From: Candidatus Saccharimonadales bacterium
GTDB lineage: Bacteria; Patescibacteriota; Saccharimonadia; Saccharimonadales; JAXHNE01
Direction of reading: 5' to 3'
Length of the DNA: 54,797 bases
Assembly (NCBI GenBank): GCA_041600755.1
Contig: JBFIJL010000001.1
Coordinates: 1-54,797, forward strand
Shown here piece after piece: positions 16,045-26,117 of this stretch (position 1 is the first letter of the stretch; each line of letters opens with the position of its first letter). Under the pieces are notes generated by a model. It saw only the letters and a program-made list of their open reading frames with translations, had not been told where the DNA came from and did not search any database. The position numbers were made by a program, and so were the translations under genes.

Positions 16045-18858
16045 CTATCCTAGGACAGATTTTAAGAATTGAGCAGTGTGTGACTTTGAGCTTTTAACAA
16101 TATCTTCTGGGGTGCCAGTCGCTACAATCGTACCACCACCAGCCCCACCTTCTGGCCCCATGTCTATTACATAATCAGCATTTTTGATCACGTCTAAGTT
16201 ATGCTCAATAATCACCATGCTGTTACCACCGTCGACAAGTGCATGCAGCACTCCAAGCAACTTCTTAACATCTTCCATATGCAATCCTGTTGTCGGCTCA
16301 TCAAGAATATATAGTGTTTTGCCGGTTGATCGTTTGGAAAGTTCGGTAGCAAGTTTTACCCTTTGCGCTTCACCGCCAGACAGTGTTGTCGCCGACTGGC
16401 CAAGCGTGATGTAGCCAAGCCCCACCTCAACTAACGTTTGCAACTTTCTCGCAATAACAGGTACATTCTGGAAAAAATCTAGCGCCGTTTCGGTTGTCAT
16501 CGACAACACATCACTAATCGTCTTGCCTTTGTAGTGGATTTCAAGTGCTTCTTTGTTGTAGCGCCTACCGTCGCATTCTTCACACGGAACATACACGTCG
16601 GGCAAAAAATGCATTTCAATTTTTATAATGCCGTCACCTGAACAATTCTCGCAGCGCCCACCCTTCACGTTAAAGCTAAATCTACCAGCTTTGTAGCCAC
16701 GCAATTTTGCTTCTGGGACAGATGCAAACAAATCTCTGATTGGTGTAAATAAGCCCGTGTAAGTTGCAGGATTTGACCGTGGAGTCCGACCAATTGGCGA
16801 CTGGTCAATATTGATAACTTTGTCTAGGTGCTCAATGCCTTCAACTGAATCATGTCGACCCGGCACGCTGTTGGCTCTCATGAGTCGCGCAGAAAGCTCC
16901 TTACCTAATATGTCATTTATGAGGCTTGACTTCCCGGATCCAGACACGCCACTAACGACTGTCATGTTTCCTAATGGAATCTCGACGTTAACGTCTTTAA
17001 GATTATTTTCTCTCGCACCATTGATGCGAAGCGACAAACCATTACCTTTGCGTCGTTTTTTTGGCACAGCGATTGTCTTTTTACCAGCCAAGTATTGACC
17101 AGTTGTGCTGTTTTTATTGTTTTGAACTTCTTCGGGAGTTCCAGCTGCAACGATATGCCCACCATGAACCCCTGCTCCTGGACCAATGTCTAACAGGTAG
17201 TCGGCTGTCCGAATCGTGTCCTCGTCATGCTCCACAACAATTACAGTGTTACCAAGATCACGCAGTCGCTTGAGCGTGCCTATTAGTCGATCGTTGTCTC
17301 GCTGGTGGAGTCCGATACTTGGCTCGTCAAGCACGTAGAGTACACCCTCAAGGCCTGATCCAATCTGTGTTGCTAAGCGAATTCTCTGAGCCTCTCCACC
17401 AGATAGTGTCACTGCGCTTCTAGCTAGGCTTAAATAGTTCAGACCAACGTTTTGCATGAACGACAGGCGGGCATTTACTTCTTTTAGTATTTGCTCGCCA
17501 ATGTGCTGCTCTTGTGCTGACAATTTCAGTCTGCTGAACAGCGTAATTGCATCATCAATGGACAAATTGCAAATATCGATAATCGAGTGTCCTCCGACCG
17601 TTATCGCTAGCACCTCGGGGCGTAGTCGCTTGCCGCTACACTCATGGCACGGACGCTCTCGCATGAAGCGCTCGATATCGCGGCGCATGAAGTCACTGTC
17701 TGTTTCTTTGTGCCGTCGCTCCAGATTTGGCACCACACCTTCATATGTTGAGTCAAATGTGCGGCCACTACCAAGCATCACTTCATAGGTCTGCTTGCCA
17801 GTGCCGTACATAATAATTTGCATCGCTTCGTCACTTAGCTCGCTGGTTGGAATCTGTAAGCTAAAACCATGGACTTCGGCGACGGCCTGCAGCTTTTTCA
17901 TATACCATGCATCGGCGCTTACTCTGTTGTATGGTCGGATTGCACCCTCTGCAATAGTTAACTTACCATTTGGTACAACTAACTCAGGGTCGACTTCAAG
18001 CCGTGACCCCAGACCCGTACAAACCGGACAGGCGCCATGTGGGCTATTAAAGCTAAACGTGCGAGGCTCAAGTTCTGGAACCATAACATCCGGGTGGTCA
18101 ATACAGGCATACTTTAATGAAAAGTCATGTGTAACGTCATCGTCAGCAAGCTGCACCTTAATTTTGCCGTCAGCAAGCTCAAGTGCCTGCTCAACAGACT
18201 GCGAAAGTCGACTCCTGCTCGTCTCGTCATTTACTAATCGGTCAACAACTACATCGATGCTGTGCTTGTACTTTTTGTCAAGCTCCGGGAATTCATCAAG
18301 CGCATAGATAACGCCATCTACGCGAACTCGCGCAAACCCGGCCCGCTGATACTGCTCTGGTACATGCTCGAAGGCGCCTTTTTTATCAATTACAATCGGC
18401 GCTAAAACAATCATTCGAGTGTTTTCTGGCAATGCTGCAACCTGTTCAACAATTGCGGTAACCGTTTGACGCTGCACGGTTTTGCCACAGACTGAGCAGT
18501 GCGGAATTCCAATGCGTGCATACAAAAGTCTTAGATAGTCATAGATTTCAGTTACCGTTGCTACTGTAGAGCGTGGATTGCGGCTTGTAGATTTTTGGTC
18601 AATACTTATTGCAGGGCTTAAGCCTGTTATTTGGTCGACATCCGGCTTTTCCATTAATCCTAAAAATTGCCGCGCATAAGAGCTCAACGACTCAACATAG
18701 CGCCGTTGACCTTCAGCGTAAATAGTATCAAACGCCAAGCTAGACTTTCCTGAGCCACTTAGCCCTGTAATAACTACCAATTTATCGCGTGGAATCTCAA
18801 CCGACACATCCTTCAAGTTGTGTTCGCGCGCACCGGTAACTCTAATAACATCACTCAT
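16045..18858 (-). CDS. uvrA: Excinuclease ABC subunit A
   Basis: Two ABC modules ([28 protein letters not shown] twice) and Zn-finger Cys motifs. Confidence 0.99.
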   Translation of the reverse strand: MSDVIRVTGAREHNLKDVSVEIPRDKLVVITGLSGSGKSSLAFDTIYAEGQRRYVESLSSYARQFLGLMEKPDVDQITGLSPAISIDQKSTSRNPRSTVATVTEIYDYLRLLYARIGIPHCSVCGKTVQRQTVTAIVEQVAALPENTRMIVLAPIVIDKKGAFEHVPEQYQRAGFARVRVDGVIYALDEFPELDKKYKHSIDVVVDRLVNDETSRSRLSQSVEQALELADGKIKVQLADDDVTHDFSLKYACIDHPDVMVPELEPRTFSFNSPHGACPVCTGLGSRLEVDPELVVPNGKLTIAEGAIRPYNRVSADAWYMKKLQAVAEVHGFSLQIPTSELSDEAMQIIMYGTGKQTYEVMLGSGRTFDSTYEGVVPNLERRHKETDSDFMRRDIERFMRERPCHECSGKRLRPEVLAITVGGHSIIDICNLSIDDAITLFSRLKLSAQEQHIGEQILKEVNARLSFMQNVGLNYLSLARSAVTLSGGEAQRIRLATQIGSGLEGVLYVLDEPSIGLHQRDNDRLIGTLKRLRDLGNTVIVVEHDEDTIRTADYLLDIGPGAGVHGGHIVAAGTPEEVQNNKNSTTGQYLAGKKTIAVPKKRRKGNGLSLRINGARENNLKDVNVEIPLGNMTVVSGVSGSGKSSLINDILGKELSARLMRANSVPGRHDSVEGIEHLDKVINIDQSPIGRTPRSNPATYTGLFTPIRDLFASVPEAKLRGYKAGRFSFNVKGGRCENCSGDGIIKIEMHFLPDVYVPCEECDGRRYNKEALEIHYKGKTISDVLSMTTETALDFFQNVPVIARKLQTLVEVGLGYITLGQSATTLSGGEAQRVKLATELSKRSTGKTLYILDEPTTGLHMEDVKKLLGVLHALVDGGNSMVIIEHNLDVIKNADYVIDMGPEGGAGGGTIVATGTPEDIVKSSKSHTAQFLKSVLG

Positions 18859-18905
18859 TCAAGAGACCATTGTAACAAAATAGCACCTCATGTGTCGAGG
18901 TGCAG

Positions 18906-19628
18906 TTAATCATTAATGAGCGTATTGCTTAGCATAACAGACATGTATGCAGCGACTTTACCGAGAGTTACTTTTCGTGGCAGCAAGTCACCATTAATCC
19001 TGTCAACAAATCGATTGGTTGATATGTCGTCAATCATATCCGGAACGGTTGCTAAAGGTATAACCCCTGCTTCAAATATTGTATCTCTACCAAGATTTAC
19101 TATACCTCCTAACTCGCGCCTACAGCTTGCAGCCTGTCTTTGTACAATACGAGTCTTACTGGCATCTGCCGTTGGCACGAGAGCCATAGTTCTGCCATAA
19201 GCCTTATCTTCAATAATCTTTACACGGTCGCACTCTACTGGCAAGCAGTCAGCCTGATCTTGATCTATTTCAAGCTCACTGATAAGTTTTTCATTTTGAT
19301 CGAACTTAGACTCTATCAACTTAAGTTGATGCGACTGAACCAGATCAGATCTCACGACCCTGCGAAACAATACCATGCGTAAATCAGTAGCACGAAAAAC
19401 GTCTACAGCCGGCTCTTCAATTGGGCGCACTAATCTTTTAGGCTCAATTAGCTCTACGCTGCCATCATTTGCGTCCTTAAACATTGAAACCTCCGTGATC
19501 GAGGCAGTCGTAATCATACCTAGCGACTTACTCATCTCCTCAACTTCACGTAAAAGTACATCCGCACCCGAAATAATGGGCCTGTCCACTTGATAGTAAC
19601 TAAAGCTTTCGTGTCGAAAGTGCGGCAT
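18906..19628 (-). CDS. Hypothetical protein (possible degenerate 2H-fold)
   Basis: 240-aa ORF co-oriented 9 bp downstream of the next gene. Confidence 0.6.
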   Translation of the reverse strand: MPHFRHESFSYYQVDRPIISGADVLLREVEEMSKSLGMITTASITEVSMFKDANDGSVELIEPKRLVRPIEEPAVDVFRATDLRMVLFRRVVRSDLVQSHQLKLIESKFDQNEKLISELEIDQDQADCLPVECDRVKIIEDKAYGRTMALVPTADASKTRIVQRQAASCRRELGGIVNLGRDTIFEAGVIPLATVPDMIDDISTNRFVDRINGDLLPRKVTLGKVAAYMSVMLSNTLIND

Positions 19629-19637
19629 CGCTATCCC

Positions 19638-20453
19638 TTACTTCGCTTCCCCGTAATATGTCTCTACAGTGGGCTTGTCAAAAAACATATCCCCTGGCAT
19701 CGACTCATCGCCTAGATTCAGTGTTTGCGATGAAGGTATGTGCTCATGCGTTTCAAATATCGTGGCATGGAAGGGTGCGTACCTCCGAAGTGGCATGCCA
19801 AGTCCCAGGACTTTTCTTCCTACAAATTCTCCTATTTCACGTGACTCTGTAGTCAATATATCCTCATGATCCAGCGAGAGGTCTAGAGCAAATCTTCGCC
19901 TACTTGCAACCCCGATTTTAGGTGTGCGGAAATACATCGCACCAAAAGGATGCGCATCCATCTCCTCAGTATCCACCTCCGACAAAACACCACCAATATT
20001 CTCTGGTCTTGCACTTGCTTGCATTTGATCAACCTTATCATGTGCATGTTGCGCATATTTATCTTGGAGGAACGCACTCACTTGATCTTTTATGTCCCTA
20101 AACATTCGCGGTTTGTCTTTTTCGCTAAAGAAAGCTTTCCTAATCTTTCGATTGGTTGATTGACTCAACTCTTCATTTATCTGTTTTGAAGTTACATGAG
20201 TTATGGCAACTGAGCCAAGTGCATATGCTCTTCCAATATAGCGATTCTCTTTACCGACGCTTGATAGAAACTGATGCCACTCTGGAACCTCATCGATTCC
20301 TGAAGCCATCGATGCATGCCGCACTATTCGTAAATCTATATGCCGAGGTCTGGCTTCTTCACGTTGCATAGGTCTTGACCTATGCGGCTTTCTCTGTGTC
20401 TTAACTTCATGCCCATCAATAAATTCCCTACCTGCTCTTCCACCTCGTCCCAT
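19638..20453 (-). CDS. Hypothetical protein with two HxT motifs (possible 2H phosphoesterase)
   Basis: H86-V-T88 and H229-A-T231 (PFHATIF); basic N-terminus. Confidence 0.6.
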   Translation of the reverse strand: MGRGGRAGREFIDGHEVKTQRKPHRSRPMQREEARPRHIDLRIVRHASMASGIDEVPEWHQFLSSVGKENRYIGRAYALGSVAITHVTSKQINEELSQSTNRKIRKAFFSEKDKPRMFRDIKDQVSAFLQDKYAQHAHDKVDQMQASARPENIGGVLSEVDTEEMDAHPFGAMYFRTPKIGVASRRRFALDLSLDHEDILTTESREIGEFVGRKVLGLGMPLRRYAPFHATIFETHEHIPSSQTLNLGDESMPGDMFFDKPTVETYYGEAK

Positions 20454-20550
20454 AAAGTGCCTTTCTTTATTTTGACTACTACACCAGATTGTAGCAAAAT
20501 ATTAGTCCGACTAAAACTGCAATCTAATTGCAGTATGCTACGATTTACTC

Positions 20551-21420
20551 ATGTCTAAAATCGCAATCCAAGGAGGTGTTGGTTCATTTCACTACGCCGC
20601 AGCACAATCATATTTTGGAGAAAGTGTAGTCACCGAGAACTACAACAGCTTCAAAGAAGCAGTTACGGCTCTTGATACTGAGCCCTCAATTTCGCACGCA
20701 TTGCTTGCCATAGAGAACTCACTATACGGCTCCATCAATGAAGTGTACGATTTGCTTTTGCAAACTAAATCTCAAATTGTTGGCGAGGTCTATTTGCGAA
20801 TTGAACAATGCTTGATTGGCTTACCCGGCGCTACGATTGAATCCATAAATTCAGTTTATTCACACCCGGTAGCGCTTGCCCAATGCGATGATTTTTTATC
20901 ATCTCATCTCCCTCAGGCAGTGCGATTTGAAGCAGCCGATACAGCCGAGAGCGTTGCAGATATTAAAGAGTGGAATGACCCTAGCAAAGCCGCCATAGCC
21001 AGCAAAGTAGCTGCGGTAATACATCAGCTACCCGTGATGTCTAGTGGGATTGAAACCAATGCCCAAAACTACACCAGATTTGTAGTGATCTCGAGAACTG
21101 AGGATCACGCATTAGAAAAAACCAAGACCTCAATCGTGCTTCAAACTAATATCGATACCAAATCTGGCGCGCTCCACGCCGCGCTTTCAGTGTTCGCAAA
21201 ACATAAACTAAACCTAACCCTCATTCATTCAAGGCCAATCGTCGGCAAAGCGTGGCACTATATGTTCTATATAGATTTCACACATCCATCAACTGAGGCC
21301 CGCGATCGGGCACTTCGCGATTTAATCAAGTTGGGCTGCACCATAACCCAACTTGGCAGTTACACCGGCGACAAACATGAATCATTGGTCTATACTGATA
21401 GACAGAATGGAACGTCTTAA
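20551..21420 (+). CDS. pheA: Prephenate dehydratase (PDT + ACT), no chorismate mutase domain
   Basis: AIQGGVGSF, IENS..GSI, YSHPVALAQC, NYTRF, NLTLIHSRP..Y.FYID. Confidence 0.9.
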   Translation: MSKIAIQGGVGSFHYAAAQSYFGESVVTENYNSFKEAVTALDTEPSISHALLAIENSLYGSINEVYDLLLQTKSQIVGEVYLRIEQCLIGLPGATIESINSVYSHPVALAQCDDFLSSHLPQAVRFEAADTAESVADIKEWNDPSKAAIASKVAAVIHQLPVMSSGIETNAQNYTRFVVISRTEDHALEKTKTSIVLQTNIDTKSGALHAALSVFAKHKLNLTLIHSRPIVGKAWHYMFYIDFTHPSTEARDRALRDLIKLGCTITQLGSYTGDKHESLVYTDRQNGTS

Positions 21421-21817
21421 ACACTTACTGTTCGACACCTTGGGAATTATCCTTATTGTTATTTCGCCGTTACTCGGCTGGCTTCCCGGACCTGGCGGAA
21501 TCCCATTGTTTCTTGCAGGTTTAGGATTTTTGTCTATTAATCATACTTGGGCCAAAGATCTCATTAAGTTCGTCAAAAAAAATGGACTCAAACTGAACGA
21601 ACAAATTTTTCGGGGACACCCAACACTGCAGGCCATTTACGACATTCTCTCCTTCGGACTATTTGCCGGGGGTATTTACCTTATCTTCAGCTATACGAAA
21701 AACATTACTTTATCGCTAGCGATTATCTGTATATTTACGGCACTGGCACTCTTTCTTGGTAACCGCAAAAGGCTCGATACATTTTCTAAAAAACTTAAAA
21801 AACGTCTTAAGTCTTAA
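21353..21817 (+). CDS. PGPGW-like membrane protein
   Basis: LLGWLPGPGGIPLFLAGL..L...H.WA; several TMs. True start may be slightly downstream. Confidence 0.7.
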   Translation: MAVTPATNMNHWSILIDRMERLKHLLFDTLGIILIVISPLLGWLPGPGGIPLFLAGLGFLSINHTWAKDLIKFVKKNGLKLNEQIFRGHPTLQAIYDILSFGLFAGGIYLIFSYTKNITLSLAIICIFTALALFLGNRKRLDTFSKKLKKRLKS

Positions 21818-21834
21818 TCTCCGACACACCCAAC

Positions 21835-21863
21835 TTGCAATTTAGTCTAATCTGTGCTACTGT
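21835..21863 (+). promoter_or_regulatory. Sigma70 promoter for small ORF
   Basis: TTGCAA, 17 bp spacer, TG-C-TACTGT (extended -10). Confidence 0.5.
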
Positions 21864-21887
21864 ATAGTTAAGGAAAGTTGGGAATCA

Positions 21888-22055
21888 ATGTTAGAGCTGA
21901 TCGTTCTGGGGCAAATCCCTGGGACATCTATTGTTATTAATTCTACGCAGGCGACATTGGCGCTATTAATTGTAATTCTCCTCGTAAGTCGTTCACGCAA
22001 CGATATTACTGAAGAAATTCAGAACCAGCAGACTATAGACGATATAGCTATCTAG
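21888..22055 (+). CDS. Small 55-aa membrane protein missed by the ORF track (MLELIVLGQIPGTSIVINSTQATLALLIVILLVSRSRNDITEEIQNQQTIDDIAI)
   Basis: Translated by hand; fills the intergenic gap, has an upstream promoter and a hydrophobic segment; stop is 1 bp from the sbcB stop. Confidence 0.6.
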   Translation: MLELIVLGQIPGTSIVINSTQATLALLIVILLVSRSRNDITEEIQNQQTIDDIAI

Positions 22056-22056
22056 G

Positions 22057-23487
22057 CTATTCTTCGGGAAAAATAGATTCGGCGTATAGTTGGAGTTCTT
22101 CTAGTAGATACTGCTTGGCTTTATCAGTAACCGTTGCATCTAACTCTTGCAGACGCTTCATGTAACGGGCCATGCGACTTGTCTGCCCGCCTGCCATGAG
22201 TCGCTGCTTGCGGAACGTTTCCCAAATCGCTCTCTCTTCATCGTTCATCTGTGAGGCGAAATTACGCGCCTTATAAAGCGGCAACAGCCCTTGCAAGCGC
22301 TCATCATTGAAGTCAGATGATTGTATTTCCTTCAGCTCTGTTGGCTTTGCATTTCTTACACGGTTCATCTGTGTCTTGTCGCTGCCAGAAACAAAACCCT
22401 CATAAAGTCGTGCATCAACATCCTGTTTATCATCAAGTAATTTTGATTGTGCCCGATTTCTGTCATCATCCATTTTTTGCTGGACACGCAGGCACTTCTC
22501 AGCAAAGTCTGAGGCATGGAGCTGTGCAGCAAATTTTTTGGCACTATCAATGGACAAGCCGAGTCTTGACTCTGCCTCACCTTGCAATACGCCAAGTGGA
22601 GCCAGTGCAGGACATCTATTGAACTTTAATGATTTAACAGGCAACTTTGGATCTGGATCCTTGTATTTCTTCTTCCAAGTTTTTTCTATTTCTAATTCAT
22701 CCATCGCAATAAATGGAGCCGGATCAACCGACAAATCATATACTAATGCAGCCCCTTCTGTCGTTTCTGCCAATTTTGTTGCAATTGTGGTCTTTTGCGA
22801 TTCAGTAGCATACTTCCCTGATGTGTACACAAATAACGAAGCTTCGTCTGTAACTTTCTTAGCCTCCTTCTTGTCACGCAGGGCAAGCAAATAAGCAAAA
22901 AGCTTTGGCTGCTTCTCTTTAATTAACTGAGCAACTGCAATCGTAGCCGTCACATCACTCAAAGCATCGTGAGCATTTTCATGCGAGAGTTTATTCACGG
23001 CAGTTAGTAGCTCTAATCGATTCGAAGGCTTGCCATTGCTATCGAATGGCCACTCGATGCCTTCTGGTCGCAAAGCGCGCGTCATGCGGGCGACATCCAG
23101 AATATCCCACCTTGACCGCCCATCCTTCCACTGCCACTCATATGCATCGTAAAAATTTCTATAGAGCATAAACCTCATGAACTCATCGTCAAACCTTATT
23201 GTGTTAAATCCAGTAAAAATCGTATCTGGCGTTGCGATCTCTTCATGAAATAACTTCAAAAATTCTGCCTCGGTAATGCCGTCTTGTATCGTCTGCTGTG
23301 GGGTAATGCCGGTAATCATGACGGCGTCAGGTTCGGGAAGTATTTCGTCAGTCAGCTTTATGAGGATGTCGTGTGGTTCACCAACAGGCTTTAAATTCAT
23401 ATCTGTTCGCTGTCCAGCGAACTGCATAACTCGCCCATTGCGCGAGTCTACACCAGTGGTTTCTAAGTCATAAAAATAAAACGTCAC
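22057..23487 (-). CDS. sbcB: Exodeoxyribonuclease I
   Basis: FYDLETTG, QFAGQRTD, GFNTIRFDDE, HDALSDV (DEDDh). Confidence 0.93.
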   Translation of the reverse strand: MTFYFYDLETTGVDSRNGRVMQFAGQRTDMNLKPVGEPHDILIKLTDEILPEPDAVMITGITPQQTIQDGITEAEFLKLFHEEIATPDTIFTGFNTIRFDDEFMRFMLYRNFYDAYEWQWKDGRSRWDILDVARMTRALRPEGIEWPFDSNGKPSNRLELLTAVNKLSHENAHDALSDVTATIAVAQLIKEKQPKLFAYLLALRDKKEAKKVTDEASLFVYTSGKYATESQKTTIATKLAETTEGAALVYDLSVDPAPFIAMDELEIEKTWKKKYKDPDPKLPVKSLKFNRCPALAPLGVLQGEAESRLGLSIDSAKKFAAQLHASDFAEKCLRVQQKMDDDRNRAQSKLLDDKQDVDARLYEGFVSGSDKTQMNRVRNAKPTELKEIQSSDFNDERLQGLLPLYKARNFASQMNDEERAIWETFRKQRLMAGGQTSRMARYMKRLQELDATVTDKAKQYLLEELQLYAESIFPEE

Positions 23488-23528
23488 AGTAACTACATCT
23501 TACGTGAGGAGTTCGCAGATGCCAAAAA

Positions 23529-24800
23529 CTAATAATCGAAGGTGCCGAGGCCGTGGATATTTATTTTGTCTTCGGCTTTGGCATTTTGGCGTCTAAGTTC
23601 GTGCATGATACCCATCTTTTTCATAATGTCGCGAATACGTTGCACTGAATGGAAATCATCAAAATCAGTACGCTTTGCAAATCGCTCAATTTTGGCCCCC
23701 GTAACTAAAAACCCGTAATCGGCTTTTGTGACGCGCCATGGCTGTTCGTTGGTCAGCTTCAACACCGGCAGGCTGTTGTCTTCTTCCTCTGTTTGCTCTT
23801 CAACACGTTTGCGTTGTTTTATAACCATTTTATGGACTTCTCGCAATAACTGCTCGCGACCTTCACCACTTTTTGCCGAAAACCCAACAACCGTTGCGTC
23901 TTTTGGCGTAATTTTTTTCAATTCTTCTAGCCTGTCTTCGAGAATGTCCTTGTCTAGGCCTTCAATTTTTGTAAGTGCTACAACTTGAGGCTTGCCAGAC
24001 AAATCAACTTTGTACGCAGCAAGCTCTGACTGAATAGTTTGGTAGGCTTCGGTTACTGAGTTGTTGTAGACATCTACAAGGTGCAGCAGGACCTGCGTAC
24101 GCTCTACGTGCCGCAAGAAGTCGTCTCCAAGCCCCTTGCCTTCACTTGCGCCCTCAATAAGCCCTGGGATGTCAGCTACGATCAAGGATTCGCCATTAAT
24201 ATCGACCACGCCAAGATTTGGAGTAAGCGTCGTGAACGGATAATCAGCAATTTCGGGCTTTGCATTGCTTACTACAGAAAGAAGCGTTGACTTACCGGCA
24301 TTTGGCAAACCAACCAAACCAACTTCGGCAATCATCTTGAGTTCCAGCTGTAGTTCCAGTTCTTCGCCAGGTTCGCCCTTTTCAGCAATGCGTGGTGTCT
24401 GTCGCGTACTTGAAGTAAAGTGAGCATTGCCAAAGCCGCCCTTGCCACCCTGGGCAATGACAACTCGTTTACCTTCTTCTGACAAATCAGCCAATTGAGT
24501 ACCATCAAGCGTTGATATAATTGTGCCAACTGGCAAATCAACAACCCTATGCTCGCCTTGTTTTCCATGCATCTTCTGCTTGAAACCTGCAGCACCCGCG
24601 GTCGCTTCTATGCGACGTTGGAAACGAAATGCAGCCAAAGTGTTCTGATTTCTTGAAGCCACAAATACGACATTTCCACCATCACCGCCATCGCCACCAT
24701 CTGGGCCGCCACGGTCAACATAAATTTCATGCCTAAAGCTAACAACACCGTTTCCACCATCTCCGGCCTTGACACTGACTTTAACTTTATCTACAAACAT
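23529..24800 (-). CDS. obgE: GTPase ObgE/CgtA
   Basis: Gly-rich OBG fold, GLPNAGKST, YPFTTL, DIPG, TKIE (G4 variant), C-terminal DUF1967-like. Confidence 0.98.
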   Translation of the reverse strand: MFVDKVKVSVKAGDGGNGVVSFRHEIYVDRGGPDGGDGGDGGNVVFVASRNQNTLAAFRFQRRIEATAGAAGFKQKMHGKQGEHRVVDLPVGTIISTLDGTQLADLSEEGKRVVIAQGGKGGFGNAHFTSSTRQTPRIAEKGEPGEELELQLELKMIAEVGLVGLPNAGKSTLLSVVSNAKPEIADYPFTTLTPNLGVVDINGESLIVADIPGLIEGASEGKGLGDDFLRHVERTQVLLHLVDVYNNSVTEAYQTIQSELAAYKVDLSGKPQVVALTKIEGLDKDILEDRLEELKKITPKDATVVGFSAKSGEGREQLLREVHKMVIKQRKRVEEQTEEEDNSLPVLKLTNEQPWRVTKADYGFLVTGAKIERFAKRTDFDDFHSVQRIRDIMKKMGIMHELRRQNAKAEDKINIHGLGTFDY

Positions 24801-24826
24801 ATATGACTCAATCTATCTTTTATCAA

Positions 24827-25870
24827 CTAATAGATAAATCTATAGTTACTGAGGTCGCTTGCGGGAACTGTACGATAGGTCACGACACCCCACGTTGGGT
24901 AATTCATATCTGATACCAAGAATGATCCATCCGGATTAACTGACTCAACAAACGCCACATGACCCAAGCCACCTATGTTTGCGTGCCAAAGTGCAGCACC
25001 AGCTTGAGGAACAGTGCCAGTTGGTACGCCTCCGCGCTGCGCTAGTGAATACCAAGTAATTGCATTTCCGAGGTTTGTTGGCAGTGGACGGCCGATTTCT
25101 CTTCGTCGGTTGGCAGCATGCCATGTGCACCAGCCGTAGTCATATCCATTACCTGGACCATAGGCAAGCGCCCTAAAGCCGTAACTTGCGGCAGAGTAGG
25201 CCGGGCGTCGCACTGGCTGGACTCCGTCTGGAATAATAATATCTTCACCGCTAACGAGACCAACGATCTCAGCGTCGTTAATCTGGATCAATTTTTGCTT
25301 ATCTGCACTGAAACGTTCAGCAAGTCCATCAATCGTCTCTCCGTCTTTGACTGTGTACACTATTCCGTCAACTGGCGGAATCTTAAGCTCTGTTCCAGTC
25401 GCGACTGCATCGCCAGTCATCCCGTTGGACCATCGTATTGATTCTGACTTGACGCCAAACTTCTGCGCAATCGACGACAGCGTATCTCCATCTTGAGCAA
25501 CATACACTTCAATATCTTGCTTAGATTTAATCGATGAAGCGACAATCTGTGGCTTTGGGGCTACGGCATCATCAACTGGCGCAACTGCTAGCTGCGCATT
25601 TATACTATCGGCATGATTTACCACCGACACTGTCTCATCTAGATTTGTCATTCGAGCAATATGAACAGCAATGTCTGCAGAGGACACTTGATCTAGAGGA
25701 TTAGCCACAGATGTGTTATTTCGACTAGTGCTAGACAATAACGCCGTTGGATTTGTATCTGGTGAAGCGGCGACCACTGTAAAAACAAAGCCAATCAATG
25801 CTAAATTTGCAGCCAAAATACCAACCCGAATGGTCCTTTTTTTGGTGCGCGCAAACCGTTTACTACTCAT
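24827..25870 (-). CDS. LysM-LysM-CHAP peptidoglycan hydrolase, N-terminal TM (possible ATT start at 25942)
   Basis: Two LysM repeats (YVAQDGDTLSSIAQKF; YTVKDGETIDGLAERF); CHAP YGWCTW and GHVAFVE. Confidence 0.92.
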   Translation of the reverse strand: MSSKRFARTKKRTIRVGILAANLALIGFVFTVVAASPDTNPTALLSSTSRNNTSVANPLDQVSSADIAVHIARMTNLDETVSVVNHADSINAQLAVAPVDDAVAPKPQIVASSIKSKQDIEVYVAQDGDTLSSIAQKFGVKSESIRWSNGMTGDAVATGTELKIPPVDGIVYTVKDGETIDGLAERFSADKQKLIQINDAEIVGLVSGEDIIIPDGVQPVRRPAYSAASYGFRALAYGPGNGYDYGWCTWHAANRRREIGRPLPTNLGNAITWYSLAQRGGVPTGTVPQAGAALWHANIGGLGHVAFVESVNPDGSFLVSDMNYPTWGVVTYRTVPASDLSNYRFIY

Positions 25871-26117
25871 TATTGAGCGTTTTGTGCGTTTCTTAGATGA
25901 AGACTCAAGCTTTTGGCTTAGAGTTTGAGTTAGCGTACGAATGTTCTATCTCCTAGAGTTTTACCTCTGTTAATATACTTATGCCCAGAAGATGAAGGTC
26001 AATTTTGCATAAATAGCGAACTTTTATCAAATAACGGATAATACTGCAATTTGATACATCAGAGATCATACCACATTTTACCTCATAAAAGCAACGCTTA
26101 GTCCGACTATAAACAGC

